Source: Candidatus Iainarchaeum sp. (GTDB taxonomy: Archaea; Iainarchaeota; Iainarchaeia; Iainarchaeales; DTGL01). Taken from it: 64,000 nt of DNA. How positions within the stretch are numbered: position 1 is the stretch's first letter; each line of letters begins with the position of its first letter. This document shows, in pieces, positions 55,325-64,000 of the stretch. The notes beneath the pieces are model-generated. The model did no database searches. It was not told where the DNA came from and saw only the letters and a program-made list of their open reading frames with translations. The DNA is taken from assembly GCA_026396995.1 (NCBI GenBank), contig JAPLVS010000045.1:31519-95518 (forward strand), written 5' to 3'. Position numbers and translations under genes: made by a program.

Positions 55325-56500
55325 ATGCAGAAACTATGGGGAAAACATGGGAAAAAGCTTGATGCCCAAGTGGAGGCTTTCACTGTCGGAAAAGATTTCC
55401 TTTTGGACATGGAATTGCTTGACGAGGACTGCGCGGTGAATGAAGCGCATGCCAAGGCGCTTGCTAAAGCCAAGATTATTTCATGGCATGAATTCGAGGA
55501 AATAAAAAAAGCCCTGGGCGAATTGAAAGCAAAGGGGAAGGAAGGAAAATTTGCCATAAAGCCGGAACAGGAAGATATCCATACTGCCGTTGAAAACTTC
55601 CTTACCGAAAAGCTCGGCGCTGCAGGGAAAAAAATCCACGTAGGGAAATCGAGAAACGACCAGGCTGCCGCTGACCTGCTGCTTTACTCGAAGAAAAAGC
55701 TCTCTGAATTGCAGGAAAAAACAGCGGCGCTTGCAGTGGAACTCGAAAAATTCGCTGAAAAAAATTCACATATAAAAATGCCAGGCTATACGCATTCACG
55801 GAAGGCAATGCCTTCAACTGCCAGGATATGGGCGGGGAGTTTCGTTGAATCATTGAAGGACGACATCGAATTGATGGAAAGCGTGAAGGCATTGACTAAC
55901 AAGAGCCCATTGGGCGCAGCAGCAGGCTATGGCACAAGCCTTGCGCTGGACAAGGGAATGGTTGCAAAGGAACTTGGATTTGCAAAAGTGCATGAAAACC
56001 CGCTTTACGCCATAAATTCCAGAGACAAATACGAAAGCGCTGTGCTTTTTTCAATGTGCGAGCTGATGCTGACCCTCAACAAGCTTGCAACCGACATAAT
56101 TATTTTTTCAGGCGAGCATTTCTGTTTTTTGGAACTGCCTGAAGAAATCTGCACAGGCTCATCGATAATGCCGCACAAGAAAAACCCGGATGTTTTTGAA
56201 ATTCTCCGCGCAAAAAACGCGGAAATGCAGTCATATCTTTTCAATTCGCTTGTGAACCAGAATTCATTGCCCTCCGGATACAACCGGGACATGCAATTGG
56301 GAAAAGAACCGTTAATCAGGGGATTTGCCCTCGCAGGCGAATGCGTCGGAATCGCATTGCATGTGCTCCCAAAAATAAAAGTGAATGAGGAAAACTGCCT
56401 GGCTGCGGTTTCCGAAGAAATGCTTTCAGCGGAAAAGGCGATTGCAATGGCAAAAAAAGGGGTTCCTTTCAGGGAGGCGTACAAACTGCAGAAAACATGA
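55325..56500 (+). CDS. argH: Argininosuccinate lyase
   Basis: GKSRNDQ, SSIMPHKKNPD fumarase/ASL signatures; ATG overlaps argG stop (TGAATG). Confidence 0.85.
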   Translation: MQKLWGKHGKKLDAQVEAFTVGKDFLLDMELLDEDCAVNEAHAKALAKAKIISWHEFEEIKKALGELKAKGKEGKFAIKPEQEDIHTAVENFLTEKLGAAGKKIHVGKSRNDQAAADLLLYSKKKLSELQEKTAALAVELEKFAEKNSHIKMPGYTHSRKAMPSTARIWAGSFVESLKDDIELMESVKALTNKSPLGAAAGYGTSLALDKGMVAKELGFAKVHENPLYAINSRDKYESAVLFSMCELMLTLNKLATDIIIFSGEHFCFLELPEEICTGSSIMPHKKNPDVFEILRAKNAEMQSYLFNSLVNQNSLPSGYNRDMQLGKEPLIRGFALAGECVGIALHVLPKIKVNEENCLAAVSEEMLSAEKAIAMAKKGVPFREAYKLQKT

Positions 56501-56690
56501 AGAAAAAATGGAAAAAAAAGTTGCGGGGCAACCGGGAAACTTGGCTGGTGCCATTGGGAATGGCTCAAGAACCAGTTGAAACCCCGCAATAATTATTTAA
56601 CCGAAATAGATTAATAAAGGTTTTGGATGGCTATTTTCGGGCCTTAAAGCGCAGGGAAAGGTTTTTATTTCAGGAAAGCATTATTTTTGC

Positions 56691-58025
56691 ATGCATAAAA
56701 AACTCCTGGCTGCAGCGCTGCTGTTGCTGTCCTTTTCCTGCGCTTTCGGTTGCACAAGCATCGGGCTGCACCCTAACCTGACAGAAAAAGACGGCAAGAT
56801 TTTCGGCTCGGTGCTTGTAGAGTGCGACTGGAACGCCCTTGCAGGGGTAAAGGTGGCGGTCACAGTGCCCAGCGGCGAAACCCAAACTCTTGTCACCTCT
56901 GAAACAGGCGACATTTACATTGAGGGAGGCGAAAAGGGCGCATACTTTTTCTCAGTGGAAGTTGCAGAAGGGAACAGCAACGAGGCAAAGGTCGTGCTCC
57001 GCGGGAAAGCCGGAATCACTGTCATCAGGGACGAAAACACTTATTTTGTCTGCGGCGAAGCGAACCAGGTTGAAATAATCGACAACGGAACGCTCTACAT
57101 TGTGCCGGCCAAAGGGGGCTGCGGAACCTACACAACCAAAAGCGATTCGTTTACAGTGCGCGCAGGCGGAACAGAAAAAAAGGCAGGAAAAATGCTGTTC
57201 ATCGAGGCTCCTGCCGAGGCAATTGCAGGAACCCAGTTTACAGTGAGGGTGCTTGACAACTCGAGGCCTGTTGCAGGCGCAACAGCAAAAATCCTGGAAA
57301 CCGAAAAAACAACAGATGCCTTGGGCTTGGCTGTTTTTTCTGTTGAAAAAGCCGGCAGCTTCGAAATCAGCGCAGAACTCGGAGGCATGGCTGCTGAAAA
57401 GAAAACAATAACAGTTCTCGAAAAAAAGAAAGAATTCGATGTGTCGTTCCCGGAAGAGGTTTTCCCTGGGGAAGTTTTCATTGTGAATGTTTCATGTGCT
57501 GGAGAGCCGGTGCAGGGCGCTGTTGTGGAATTCAGGAAGCAGTCAAAGCCAACCAACAGTGAAGGGGATGCTTTCTTTTCGGCTCAGGCAAAAGGAGCTT
57601 TTGAGGTTTTCGTGCAAAAGGAAAACTTTGAGCAGTTCAGTTCAACAGTCGAATGTGTTGCGCTTGAACAACCGGCGCTTGAACTCATGTTCCCATCTGA
57701 AATAACCGAAGGCGATGCATTGGAAGCGCTTGTGCTGTCAGGCGGGGAGCCGGTAGAGGGCGCAAAAGTGTCTTTCAACGGCCTGGAAAAAGAAACAGAC
57801 AGTTCAGGAAAAGCCGTCTTCATTGCACCGCAGGCAGGCAGCTACAATGTGGTTGCGCAAAAGGAAGGGTTTGCCTCTGGTGAAAAAACAGCCAGTGTGA
57901 ACAAGCCGGCTTCAGAGCCGCTGACCAATGAAGCGATACTGTTCCTTTCACTGCTTGTCTTTGTGTTTTTCATCTGCCTTGGCGGGGCAATACATTTTTT
58001 CAGGAAATGGAGGAGTTTAAGGTGA
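56691..58025 (+). CDS. Surface lipoprotein-like protein with Ig-like/carboxypeptidase-regulatory-like repeats and C-terminal TM anchor
   Basis: Signal with lipobox-like SFSCAFGC; repeated beta-rich ~80-aa units; C-terminal hydrophobic helix + RKWRSLR. Confidence 0.5.
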   Translation: MHKKLLAAALLLLSFSCAFGCTSIGLHPNLTEKDGKIFGSVLVECDWNALAGVKVAVTVPSGETQTLVTSETGDIYIEGGEKGAYFFSVEVAEGNSNEAKVVLRGKAGITVIRDENTYFVCGEANQVEIIDNGTLYIVPAKGGCGTYTTKSDSFTVRAGGTEKKAGKMLFIEAPAEAIAGTQFTVRVLDNSRPVAGATAKILETEKTTDALGLAVFSVEKAGSFEISAELGGMAAEKKTITVLEKKKEFDVSFPEEVFPGEVFIVNVSCAGEPVQGAVVEFRKQSKPTNSEGDAFFSAQAKGAFEVFVQKENFEQFSSTVECVALEQPALELMFPSEITEGDALEALVLSGGEPVEGAKVSFNGLEKETDSSGKAVFIAPQAGSYNVVAQKEGFASGEKTASVNKPASEPLTNEAILFLSLLVFVFFICLGGAIHFFRKWRSLR

Positions 58026-60085
58026 AAAAGAAAGCGCTGGCACTGGCATTTTTCCTGCTCCTTGCAGGCAGCATTGTTTGGGCTGCGGAAAAAGATGTCA
58101 TACTCCAGATAAACGGCGAGGATGCGGACATAGACGCGAACGCAGTCGAGGTGATTGGGCCAGGCGAATTCCATCTCACAGGCATGGTTAAAAACAACCT
58201 CCTGGCAGAGGACACCCATAAGAACCTGGATTTGGTTTTCATTCTCGACGCAAGCGGCAGCATGCAGGGCGAAATCGACGCTGTGAGGGACTCAATCAAT
58301 GAAATAATCGCTTACGTGAACACGGAATGCCCGGGATGCATGAGGGTCAGCATTTACGTGTTCGAAGCCATCCCGGCAAGTACTGGAGGCGGAGGAACGC
58401 CGCCGCCATGCCACGGGAAAGCCTGCCTGGAACCCAGTTCACCGGAAACAGAAAACACAGAAACCGCTTATTTCGGCTGTTTTTCCAAGAAAGGCTATTG
58501 TGCCGGCGACAATGACAAGGGCCTAATCCCCTTCACCACAAACGCCGACACATTAAAAGAATGCCTTGCCTTGGTTGTGGCAAACGGCTCTGTGGAGCCA
58601 TGGGCAAGGCTCACCTACGAAATACTCAACGACAACAGCTTCGGCTGGAGAAGTGACGCAGTAAAAGCCATGGTTGTGATTACAGATGAGCCGGCAGACC
58701 CATGCAGCTCATGTGATAAAGCCAGCTGCCACAGCCATTACTGCTCCCAGGCGGCAAACACGCTTCTAAGCAAGGACGCCTATTTTTTCGGGATTTACGG
58801 CATATACGGTGGCGCCCCAGGAGTCGACTTGGACATGCAGAAAATCCTTGATGCAGGCGTCAAGGGTGACATGTATTCTTATGACAACACCAGCGAAATA
58901 AAGGAAAAAATCCTGCAGGCAATAGGGACGATTATCGGAAGCGACGACTTTGTGGTGACAAAGGAGCTTGGCCCTGACTGGGAAAGCAACATTGGCGCGA
59001 CCGGCTTTTCAGTGCCGCAGGTCGTAAGGCGCGACCCGAACTGGAGGGAATTCCAGATAGACCTGAAAACCCCGGACACATACGACCAGGATTTCGCCAT
59101 GTTCGAGTACAAGATTGCGATGGTCGACGACCCTTCAAAGTACGATGTCGCCTGGCTGAAAGTGATAATGGGGGAGAACAAGCTGCCGACAGTTTCGCTT
59201 TCACACGAACCTGAAGAGCCGTTGCCGGGGGAAGAAGTTGTTTTCACTGCAGACGCCTTGGATGAGGACGGGACGATTGTGGCATACAGGTGGAATTTCG
59301 GCGACGGTGAAACAAAGGAATGCGCTGACTGCGCCGTCGTTTCCCACACTTATGCCGCAAAGGGCGAATACCTTGTTTCGGTCGAAGTCGAGGACGACCG
59401 CGGCGGAAAAGCAGCTGCTACTGAAAACCTGAAAATAAAGAACAGGCCGCCTAACAAGCCTGTAGTGACAATAAGTCCCACAAGCGGCTTTGCCCCGCTT
59501 GAAACAACAATGAACGCAACCGCCACAGACCCCGACAATGACCCAATCGTGCAATGGCAATGGGATTATGACGATTACACCCCGATGGACACATGCGACT
59601 GCAGTTCAAGAAACCATACTTATACAAGCGACGGAAGTTTCAGCGCAATGGCGAGGGCGTCCGACGGCGAAGACTGGTCTGAATGGAGCGACCCGATTGT
59701 GACAGTTTCAATCAAGAATGTGCTGACAGCTTTCAGGGTGCAGGACACGAATGTCGGGAAGAAGACATTAATGCTTGTTTCATGCACTGACCAAACTCTG
59801 ACCGCTCTTGTGGAAATAATGGACTCCGAGGGCACGCTTTTGAAAACCGTAGAGCGCGAATGCAACGGGCTTTGGTCCGAACCGGATTATGTTTTTGGCG
59901 AAAGCGGGATTTACATGGCAAGGGCTTCCATTAAGGGCAAACAATGCTCGAACTGCCCTAAAACAATATACTTCCGCGCAATCGCGCCCTTCCCTGAAAT
60001 TAAAACGCCTGATGCAAGCCCGCTCTCGGCAGCCGCAGTTCTTGCAGCAGTGCTTATCCTGACAGGAAGGAAAAAGAAAAAATAA
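58007..60085 (+). CDS. Surface protein with vWA (MIDAS) domain, PKD domains and C-terminal TM anchor
   Basis: Signal peptide; LDLVFILDASGSMQGEIDAV MIDAS; PKD-like WNFGDGE...HTY; C-terminal PLSAAAVLAAVLILTGRKKKK. Confidence 0.7.
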   Translation: MEEFKVKKKALALAFFLLLAGSIVWAAEKDVILQINGEDADIDANAVEVIGPGEFHLTGMVKNNLLAEDTHKNLDLVFILDASGSMQGEIDAVRDSINEIIAYVNTECPGCMRVSIYVFEAIPASTGGGGTPPPCHGKACLEPSSPETENTETAYFGCFSKKGYCAGDNDKGLIPFTTNADTLKECLALVVANGSVEPWARLTYEILNDNSFGWRSDAVKAMVVITDEPADPCSSCDKASCHSHYCSQAANTLLSKDAYFFGIYGIYGGAPGVDLDMQKILDAGVKGDMYSYDNTSEIKEKILQAIGTIIGSDDFVVTKELGPDWESNIGATGFSVPQVVRRDPNWREFQIDLKTPDTYDQDFAMFEYKIAMVDDPSKYDVAWLKVIMGENKLPTVSLSHEPEEPLPGEEVVFTADALDEDGTIVAYRWNFGDGETKECADCAVVSHTYAAKGEYLVSVEVEDDRGGKAAATENLKIKNRPPNKPVVTISPTSGFAPLETTMNATATDPDNDPIVQWQWDYDDYTPMDTCDCSSRNHTYTSDGSFSAMARASDGEDWSEWSDPIVTVSIKNVLTAFRVQDTNVGKKTLMLVSCTDQTLTALVEIMDSEGTLLKTVERECNGLWSEPDYVFGESGIYMARASIKGKQCSNCPKTIYFRAIAPFPEIKTPDASPLSAAAVLAAVLILTGRKKKK

Positions 60086-60087
60086 GG

Positions 60088-60657
60088 CTATTTTTTTGGG
60101 AAAGCCAAAAACTCCTTTTTAGCCTTCAAAAAAAGCTTCGTCCCTGTTTCTGTCTTTAATTCCCTTTCTGTTTTCCTGAAAAAATCGCCCATGTCCGCAT
60201 TCACGCGGCCTTTTTTCTGGTAGTATAAGACCTGCAGGCACATTTCAACCATGTCCAAATCCTTCACAAAAACAGATTCCTTCGAACGCTGTTCAAGGAA
60301 TTCCAATGCAAGCGAATCAAGCACTTTCCTTTTCCCCACAGGCGCAAATTTAGAAAATTCTCTTATCGCTTTTTCCTCGGCTTTTTTCTTTTCGGCATTC
60401 GTCATTTCCTGCTCGTGCTCGAATTCGCGCGAGCAGATGTCGCCGCAGACAGTTTCGTGCAAATCGTGGGCGAGAGCAAGGCGGACGCATTTCAATTCGT
60501 CAAGGCCCTCTTCTTTTGCATAAAGGCTGCAGAGCAGTGCAAGGACAAAAGAATGGTCGGCAACGCTCTCCGGCTTTTTCACTTTCCTCACAAGCCAGCC
60601 TGTGCGCTCGATGTCTTTCAGTTCGAGCGCCTTGAGGGCGAATTCAATAAAAGCCAT
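60088..60657 (-). CDS. HD-domain phosphohydrolase
   Basis: H...HD...H...D metal ligands (VADHSF, LAHDLHE, D near C-terminus). Confidence 0.75.
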   Translation of the reverse strand: MAFIEFALKALELKDIERTGWLVRKVKKPESVADHSFVLALLCSLYAKEEGLDELKCVRLALAHDLHETVCGDICSREFEHEQEMTNAEKKKAEEKAIREFSKFAPVGKRKVLDSLALEFLEQRSKESVFVKDLDMVEMCLQVLYYQKKGRVNADMGDFFRKTERELKTETGTKLFLKAKKEFLAFPKK

Positions 60658-60710
60658 AAAAATAAGGAAAACAGAAAGCTTGAAAATAGGATGGTCGGAT
60701 TTTGGAAAAT

Positions 60711-61436
60711 TCAGCTCGGGACTGGTTTTGCGCTTTGGGGCTTCATGTTCTGGTTGCAGTTGTCTTTAATGCTTTGGCTGGAAATCTTGTCGCAGTAGGA
60801 CGAGTCGCCGAACCGCTGGGCCATCTGGAGATAGCAGTTGTCTTTCTGCGATGACACCATCACTTTATCGCAGAGCGCAGGGTCGCCGACCATGTTCGCA
60901 ATATTGGTGTAGCAGTTGTCCCTCATATAGCTTTCCTTGATTTTGGCGCAGACTGTGCTGTCCTTTTCGTTCCTTGCATAGGCCTCATAGCACTGGTCTG
61001 CCTGGGTGCCGGCCTGCTCGCACAATGCCGGGTCTTCGGCCACTTGTGCCACAAGCGAAAAGCAGTCGACGCGCCTGTCTTTTCCAACCCTCTTGCAAAG
61101 CGAGCTGTCCTTGTGCTTTCCAGCAAGCCCCATGATGCAAATGTCTTCCATCGACTGGCCCTGCAATTCAGGCATTCCTGAGCACACCAAAAGCTCTTCC
61201 TCAAGGGTGAGTTCGCGCACAGGGGCGGGCGTCGCTGAAGACACAGCAGGGCACAAGGCCTTGTCGGTTACAGTGGTGCCGTCAGCGCACACATACTGGA
61301 TTGTTGAAACAGCCGCAGCGCACAGCGCTTTGTCCGCAACAGTGCGGCCGTCAGAGCAAACATATTGGGCCTGCTGGCTGCAGCCTAAAAGAAGGATTAC
61401 AAATCCCAATGAAAGTGCCAGCCAGGACTTATTCAT
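60711..61436 (-). CDS. Cys-rich repeat lipoprotein (paralogue family with 1111..1890 and 14306..15202)
   Basis: Lipobox LLLGC; duplicated QYVC(S/A)DG(R/T)TV(A/T)DKALC unit then five C-x9-11-CY..(I/M)A repeats; start trimmed to MNKSW because the longer table ORF runs into the tRNA-Ser gene. Confidence 0.55.
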   Translation of the reverse strand: MNKSWLALSLGFVILLLGCSQQAQYVCSDGRTVADKALCAAAVSTIQYVCADGTTVTDKALCPAVSSATPAPVRELTLEEELLVCSGMPELQGQSMEDICIMGLAGKHKDSSLCKRVGKDRRVDCFSLVAQVAEDPALCEQAGTQADQCYEAYARNEKDSTVCAKIKESYMRDNCYTNIANMVGDPALCDKVMVSSQKDNCYLQMAQRFGDSSYCDKISSQSIKDNCNQNMKPQSAKPVPS

Positions 61437-61512
61437 AACCGATGTATTAAATGCTGACCTTGTTAATAAATTTTTCCTTTTTGGGCTTTTTGGCATTCCC
61501 CGGCCTTTAAAG

Positions 61513-61685
61513 CGCCGAGAGAGGGATTTGAACCCCCGCATGCCAGAGGCATACCAGCTTACTCGCCGCAATATTTTGCTTTTGCCATGAGGTCTTTTCT
61601 TTTTGGCAAACCTAGGCTTTTTCTTTTATAAAAAGAAAAAGGCTGGGCTCAAGGCTGGCGCGTTAGACCACTCCGCCATCTCGGC
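61513..61685 (-). tRNA. tRNA-Ser (anticodon TGA) interrupted by ~89-nt intron
   Basis: 5' exon GCCGAGATGGCGGAGTGGTCTAACGCGCCAGCCTTGAG (~61648..61685), 3' exon A-GCTGG-TATGCCTCTGGCATGC-GGGGGTTCAAATCCCTC-TCTCGGC-G (~61513..61558); anticodon stem CCAGC/GCTGG; intron carries the aaagaaaag palindromic element. Confidence 0.7.
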
Positions 61686-61748
61686 AGCGCTTCAACAGTA
61701 ATAATAAGCCTGTTGAATGTTTTAATTCTTTCCTGTGGTTTAGCTTTG

Positions 61749-62216
61749 TTAATCCGAAGCCGGCTTTAGGCTTTTTGGAAGGCGCTTTGATTGCCAGTCT
61801 TGCCATCTTTGCCTCAGGTTTTTTGGAAGGTGCCGTGTCTGCCAATCAAGTTCCCTGGCGATTTCAGCCTCGGCATCGGCAGAATCGGCGGCAATTTTGA
61901 GTGCATAATAGGCAGCGCCGAAGGCGTGCTGGGGAACATGCGCAGTTGCCACTGCCTGGCCTGCTGCACGCGCGGCAAAACAGGCCGCGTTATTTTCTTT
62001 CGCTTCGCGGGCTGCAGCGTGGGCTGCGAGCGAAGCCTTGCGTATATCGGCCATCTTAAACACGCCAGTGCTGGCCCAGGCCCGGCATGCCTCTATGGCT
62101 TTTCTGGGTCGGTCGTCCATGGAGGATGCCTTTTCAAAAAATGGAAGCACCCGTTCGGCGCAGTCCGCGGCCCAGATTGCAAGCAGTCTCTGGTCCTGTT
62201 TGCTGTATTTCTCCAT
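61749..62216 (-). CDS. Ala/Trp-rich helical hypothetical protein, compositionally atypical
   Basis: ORF with markedly higher GC and Ala content than neighbours. Confidence 0.4.
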   Translation of the reverse strand: MEKYSKQDQRLLAIWAADCAERVLPFFEKASSMDDRPRKAIEACRAWASTGVFKMADIRKASLAAHAAAREAKENNAACFAARAAGQAVATAHVPQHAFGAAYYALKIAADSADAEAEIARELDWQTRHLPKNLRQRWQDWQSKRLPKSLKPASD

Positions 62217-62388
62217 AAATTAGTTTATTAATTTCCAATTTATAATATAATGGAAGGCATTCAAAAAGCACGATTTAAGGGCAAAACCGCAATTAGTTTT
62301 GGTTTTCGTGCAAAAAAACACAAAAAATTAATATTTTTAACATTTTTGCCACAAATAGTTGCCTTTTTAAACTTTTTCAGTCAGATAA

Positions 62389-62736
62389 ATGTATTTCATG
62401 GCAGCAAGCCTGTTTTTGGGTGAAGGAAGCCTTAAAGGCGATTCGTCGATAAAAAGCCTGGTTGTAAGGATTCTGTGCGACGAATGGCCTTTGAGCGTCA
62501 GGGAAATGCACGAGCGCATCAAGAGAACGCACGGCATTTCGTGCTCTTACCAGGCAGTGTTCAAGCAGGTCAAGGAGTTGCTGGAAAACAATGTCGTGCT
62601 TTCTGAAGGCCGTTATTACAAAATCAACCGCGAATGGCTGGAACAGATGAATTCCCATATCGAGAGCCTGCTTGAATTCCAGGAAATGCACCCGGAAGGC
62701 ATCCTCGGCCCGCGCGATTTAAATCCCTATTTTTAA
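62389..62736 (+). CDS. Small hypothetical protein, possible winged-helix
   Basis: ORF only. Confidence 0.3.
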   Translation: MYFMAASLFLGEGSLKGDSSIKSLVVRILCDEWPLSVREMHERIKRTHGISCSYQAVFKQVKELLENNVVLSEGRYYKINREWLEQMNSHIESLLEFQEMHPEGILGPRDLNPYF

Positions 62737-62761
62737 AAAACCGAACGAGCCCAATTGTTGC

Positions 62762-63928
62762 ATGGGCGGCCAGGCGGAAAATGGCGAAAGCACTTCAAAG
62801 TTCTTTGAACTCGAGAAAAAAATCTTCGACATAACCGACACGCTTGAAACAGATGTTTTGAAGTTTGTGGAGCCGATAAATTCTGTTGCCCAGAAAGAAA
62901 GGTTTTTTGACGCACTGGCAAAAGGCTGCGCGATAAACCCGCGGTTCGCTTACCTCCCGAAAAACCCGATTTTCAGCCATTTCAGCATGGCACCGGAGTA
63001 CGTGCGGATAAGGAAAGAGCTTGCCGCAATAGAAATAGAGGATTCAGGCATCGGACGACTCCTTAACAAGAAGAAAAACGAATCGCTGGCAAGGCTTGAG
63101 CTTGTGAGAAGCATCGGCTCAGCGGAATTCGCAGAAAAAGCCGAAGGCTTTTATGGAATACCAGGCAAAAAAACAGTGGAACTCGCATTCGAAACCATCG
63201 AATCCGCCAGGGGCGAAAACCGCAATAAAACAGTTTCAAGCCGGAAAGCCGCGGCTGCGCTTTCCTTTGAACTTTCAAAAAAAGGGATTGCCTGGAGTGT
63301 TATCATTGATGAAAACATTTCGCCCAATGCTGTCGTGCTTTCGCACAGTGGGATTTTGAAAATCCGCAGCGGCGCATTTTTTTCAGAAATGGACATAAAG
63401 AGGCTTGCATTGCACGAAATCAGGACACATATCTTCAGGCACCTTAACGGCCAACTGCAGCCCTTCAGGCTTTTTATAGAAGGACCGGGAATCGGATGGC
63501 TGAAAACAGAGGAAGGCCTTGCAGTGATAAACGAATCCATTTTCGGCTTGCTTGGCGCTGAGCAGATGAAAAACTATGCAGGCAGGGTGCTTGCGGTTGA
63601 TTTTGCCGGAAAGAATTCTTTTGTGGAAACATTCAAATTCCTCTGCGGTTTCTTTCCGCAGGAACAGGCTTACAGATTGGCACAGCGCGCAAAGCGCGGC
63701 ATGAACGACACTTCCCTGCCGGGCGCATTCACCAAAGACTATTTCTATTTCGAGGGCGCGCTCGAAGTCATGGACTTCCTGCAAAAAGGCGGGGAAATCG
63801 AAAAACTTTATTACGGGAAGATTTCCCTGGACGACGTGCCTGAATTGGAGGGCATTCCGATGCTTTCAAAGCCGAAATTCCTGCCCAAATACCCGAAAAA
63901 CATAAAGGAAAAGGCGAAATTTCCGTAA
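62762..63928 (+). CDS. DUF1704-like protein with HExxH and (Q)EGLA motifs (putative metallocarboxypeptidase-like)
   Basis: ALHEIRTHIFRH zinc-type HExxH, TEEGLAVINES matching the QEGLA-motif family. Confidence 0.5.
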   Translation: MGGQAENGESTSKFFELEKKIFDITDTLETDVLKFVEPINSVAQKERFFDALAKGCAINPRFAYLPKNPIFSHFSMAPEYVRIRKELAAIEIEDSGIGRLLNKKKNESLARLELVRSIGSAEFAEKAEGFYGIPGKKTVELAFETIESARGENRNKTVSSRKAAAALSFELSKKGIAWSVIIDENISPNAVVLSHSGILKIRSGAFFSEMDIKRLALHEIRTHIFRHLNGQLQPFRLFIEGPGIGWLKTEEGLAVINESIFGLLGAEQMKNYAGRVLAVDFAGKNSFVETFKFLCGFFPQEQAYRLAQRAKRGMNDTSLPGAFTKDYFYFEGALEVMDFLQKGGEIEKLYYGKISLDDVPELEGIPMLSKPKFLPKYPKNIKEKAKFP

Positions 63929-64000
63929 TCAAAGGGAAAATTTTTATTTTTTCCTTCTGGAATAGAGCAGGTAGGCAAGGTAAGCCCATGAGGCGACGAT

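Noticed and set aside
1-64000. CRISPR arrays and cas genes
   Set aside because: I scanned for regularly spaced 25-40-bp direct repeats with unique spacers and found none. The only tandem repeats are coding Cys-rich units, the 58-bp array upstream of the A2M gene, and short 2-copy duplications.

Overview
This 64-kb window comes from an anaerobic archaeon. The evidence is the nop5/fibrillarin pair, an archaeal-type glycyl-tRNA synthetase, a complete ahaHIKECFABD A-type ATP synthase operon and intron-containing tRNA genes. About 87% of the window is coding.

Two large operons dominate the middle of the window:
- A 13-gene minus-strand cluster (16.3-26.3 kb) encodes a group-4 membrane-bound [NiFe] hydrogenase / complex-I-like module. 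It has NuoA/B/C/D/H/I homologues, three Mrp/NuoL/M/N-type antiporter subunits, small MnhB/C-like subunits and a HycI-type maturation protease.
- A divergently transcribed plus-strand A1A0 ATP synthase operon follows at 26.5-35.1 kb.

Other confident calls:
- class III ribonucleotide reductase (nrdD) plus its activase (nrdG)
- fibrillarin and Nop5
- GlyRS
- ArgG/ArgH
- cytidine deaminase
- a HIT protein
- a histone-deacetylase-family hydrolase
- a CDF metal exporter
- a Fur/PerR regulator with rubrerythrin and a CDGSH Fe-S protein
- an HD hydrolase
- a secreted metzincin
- a Lon-type S16 protease domain protein
- many secreted or membrane-anchored surface proteins (vWA-PKD, Cys-rich repeat paralogues).

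RNA genes:
- tRNA-Arg(CCT), tRNA-Thr(CGT), tRNA-Arg(TCT) and tRNA-Leu(GAG)
- two tRNA-Ser genes (GGA and TGA), each split by a ~90-nt intron.

Mobile or accessory features:
- a ~1-kb IS element with a DDE transposase
- a 3'-truncated free-standing LAGLIDADG endonuclease gene next to tRNA-Thr
- an integration footprint at tRNA-Leu, where a 34-bp direct repeat of the tRNA 3' end brackets an AAA_14/DUF4143 ATPase gene.

Most notable observations:
1. A 1966-aa alpha-2-macroglobulin-like protein with an intact CxEQ thioester motif is fused in-frame to a C-terminal 10-TM EamA/DMT transporter-like domain. It is preceded by ~58-bp tandem repeats.
2. nrdD is interrupted exactly at the junction to its glycyl-radical domain, and the junction carries an imperfect ~50-bp tandem duplication. 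A second, free-standing 49-aa glycyl-radical peptide is translationally coupled to rubrerythrin in the oxidative-stress locus. It has a canonical RVCGY motif and looks like a GrcA-style spare part for class III RNR.
3. A family of A/T-rich 'aaagaaaag' palindromic elements is found both in tRNA 3' flanks and inside the long tRNA-Ser introns.

Coordinates I derived by manual counting may be off by ±1-2 nt.
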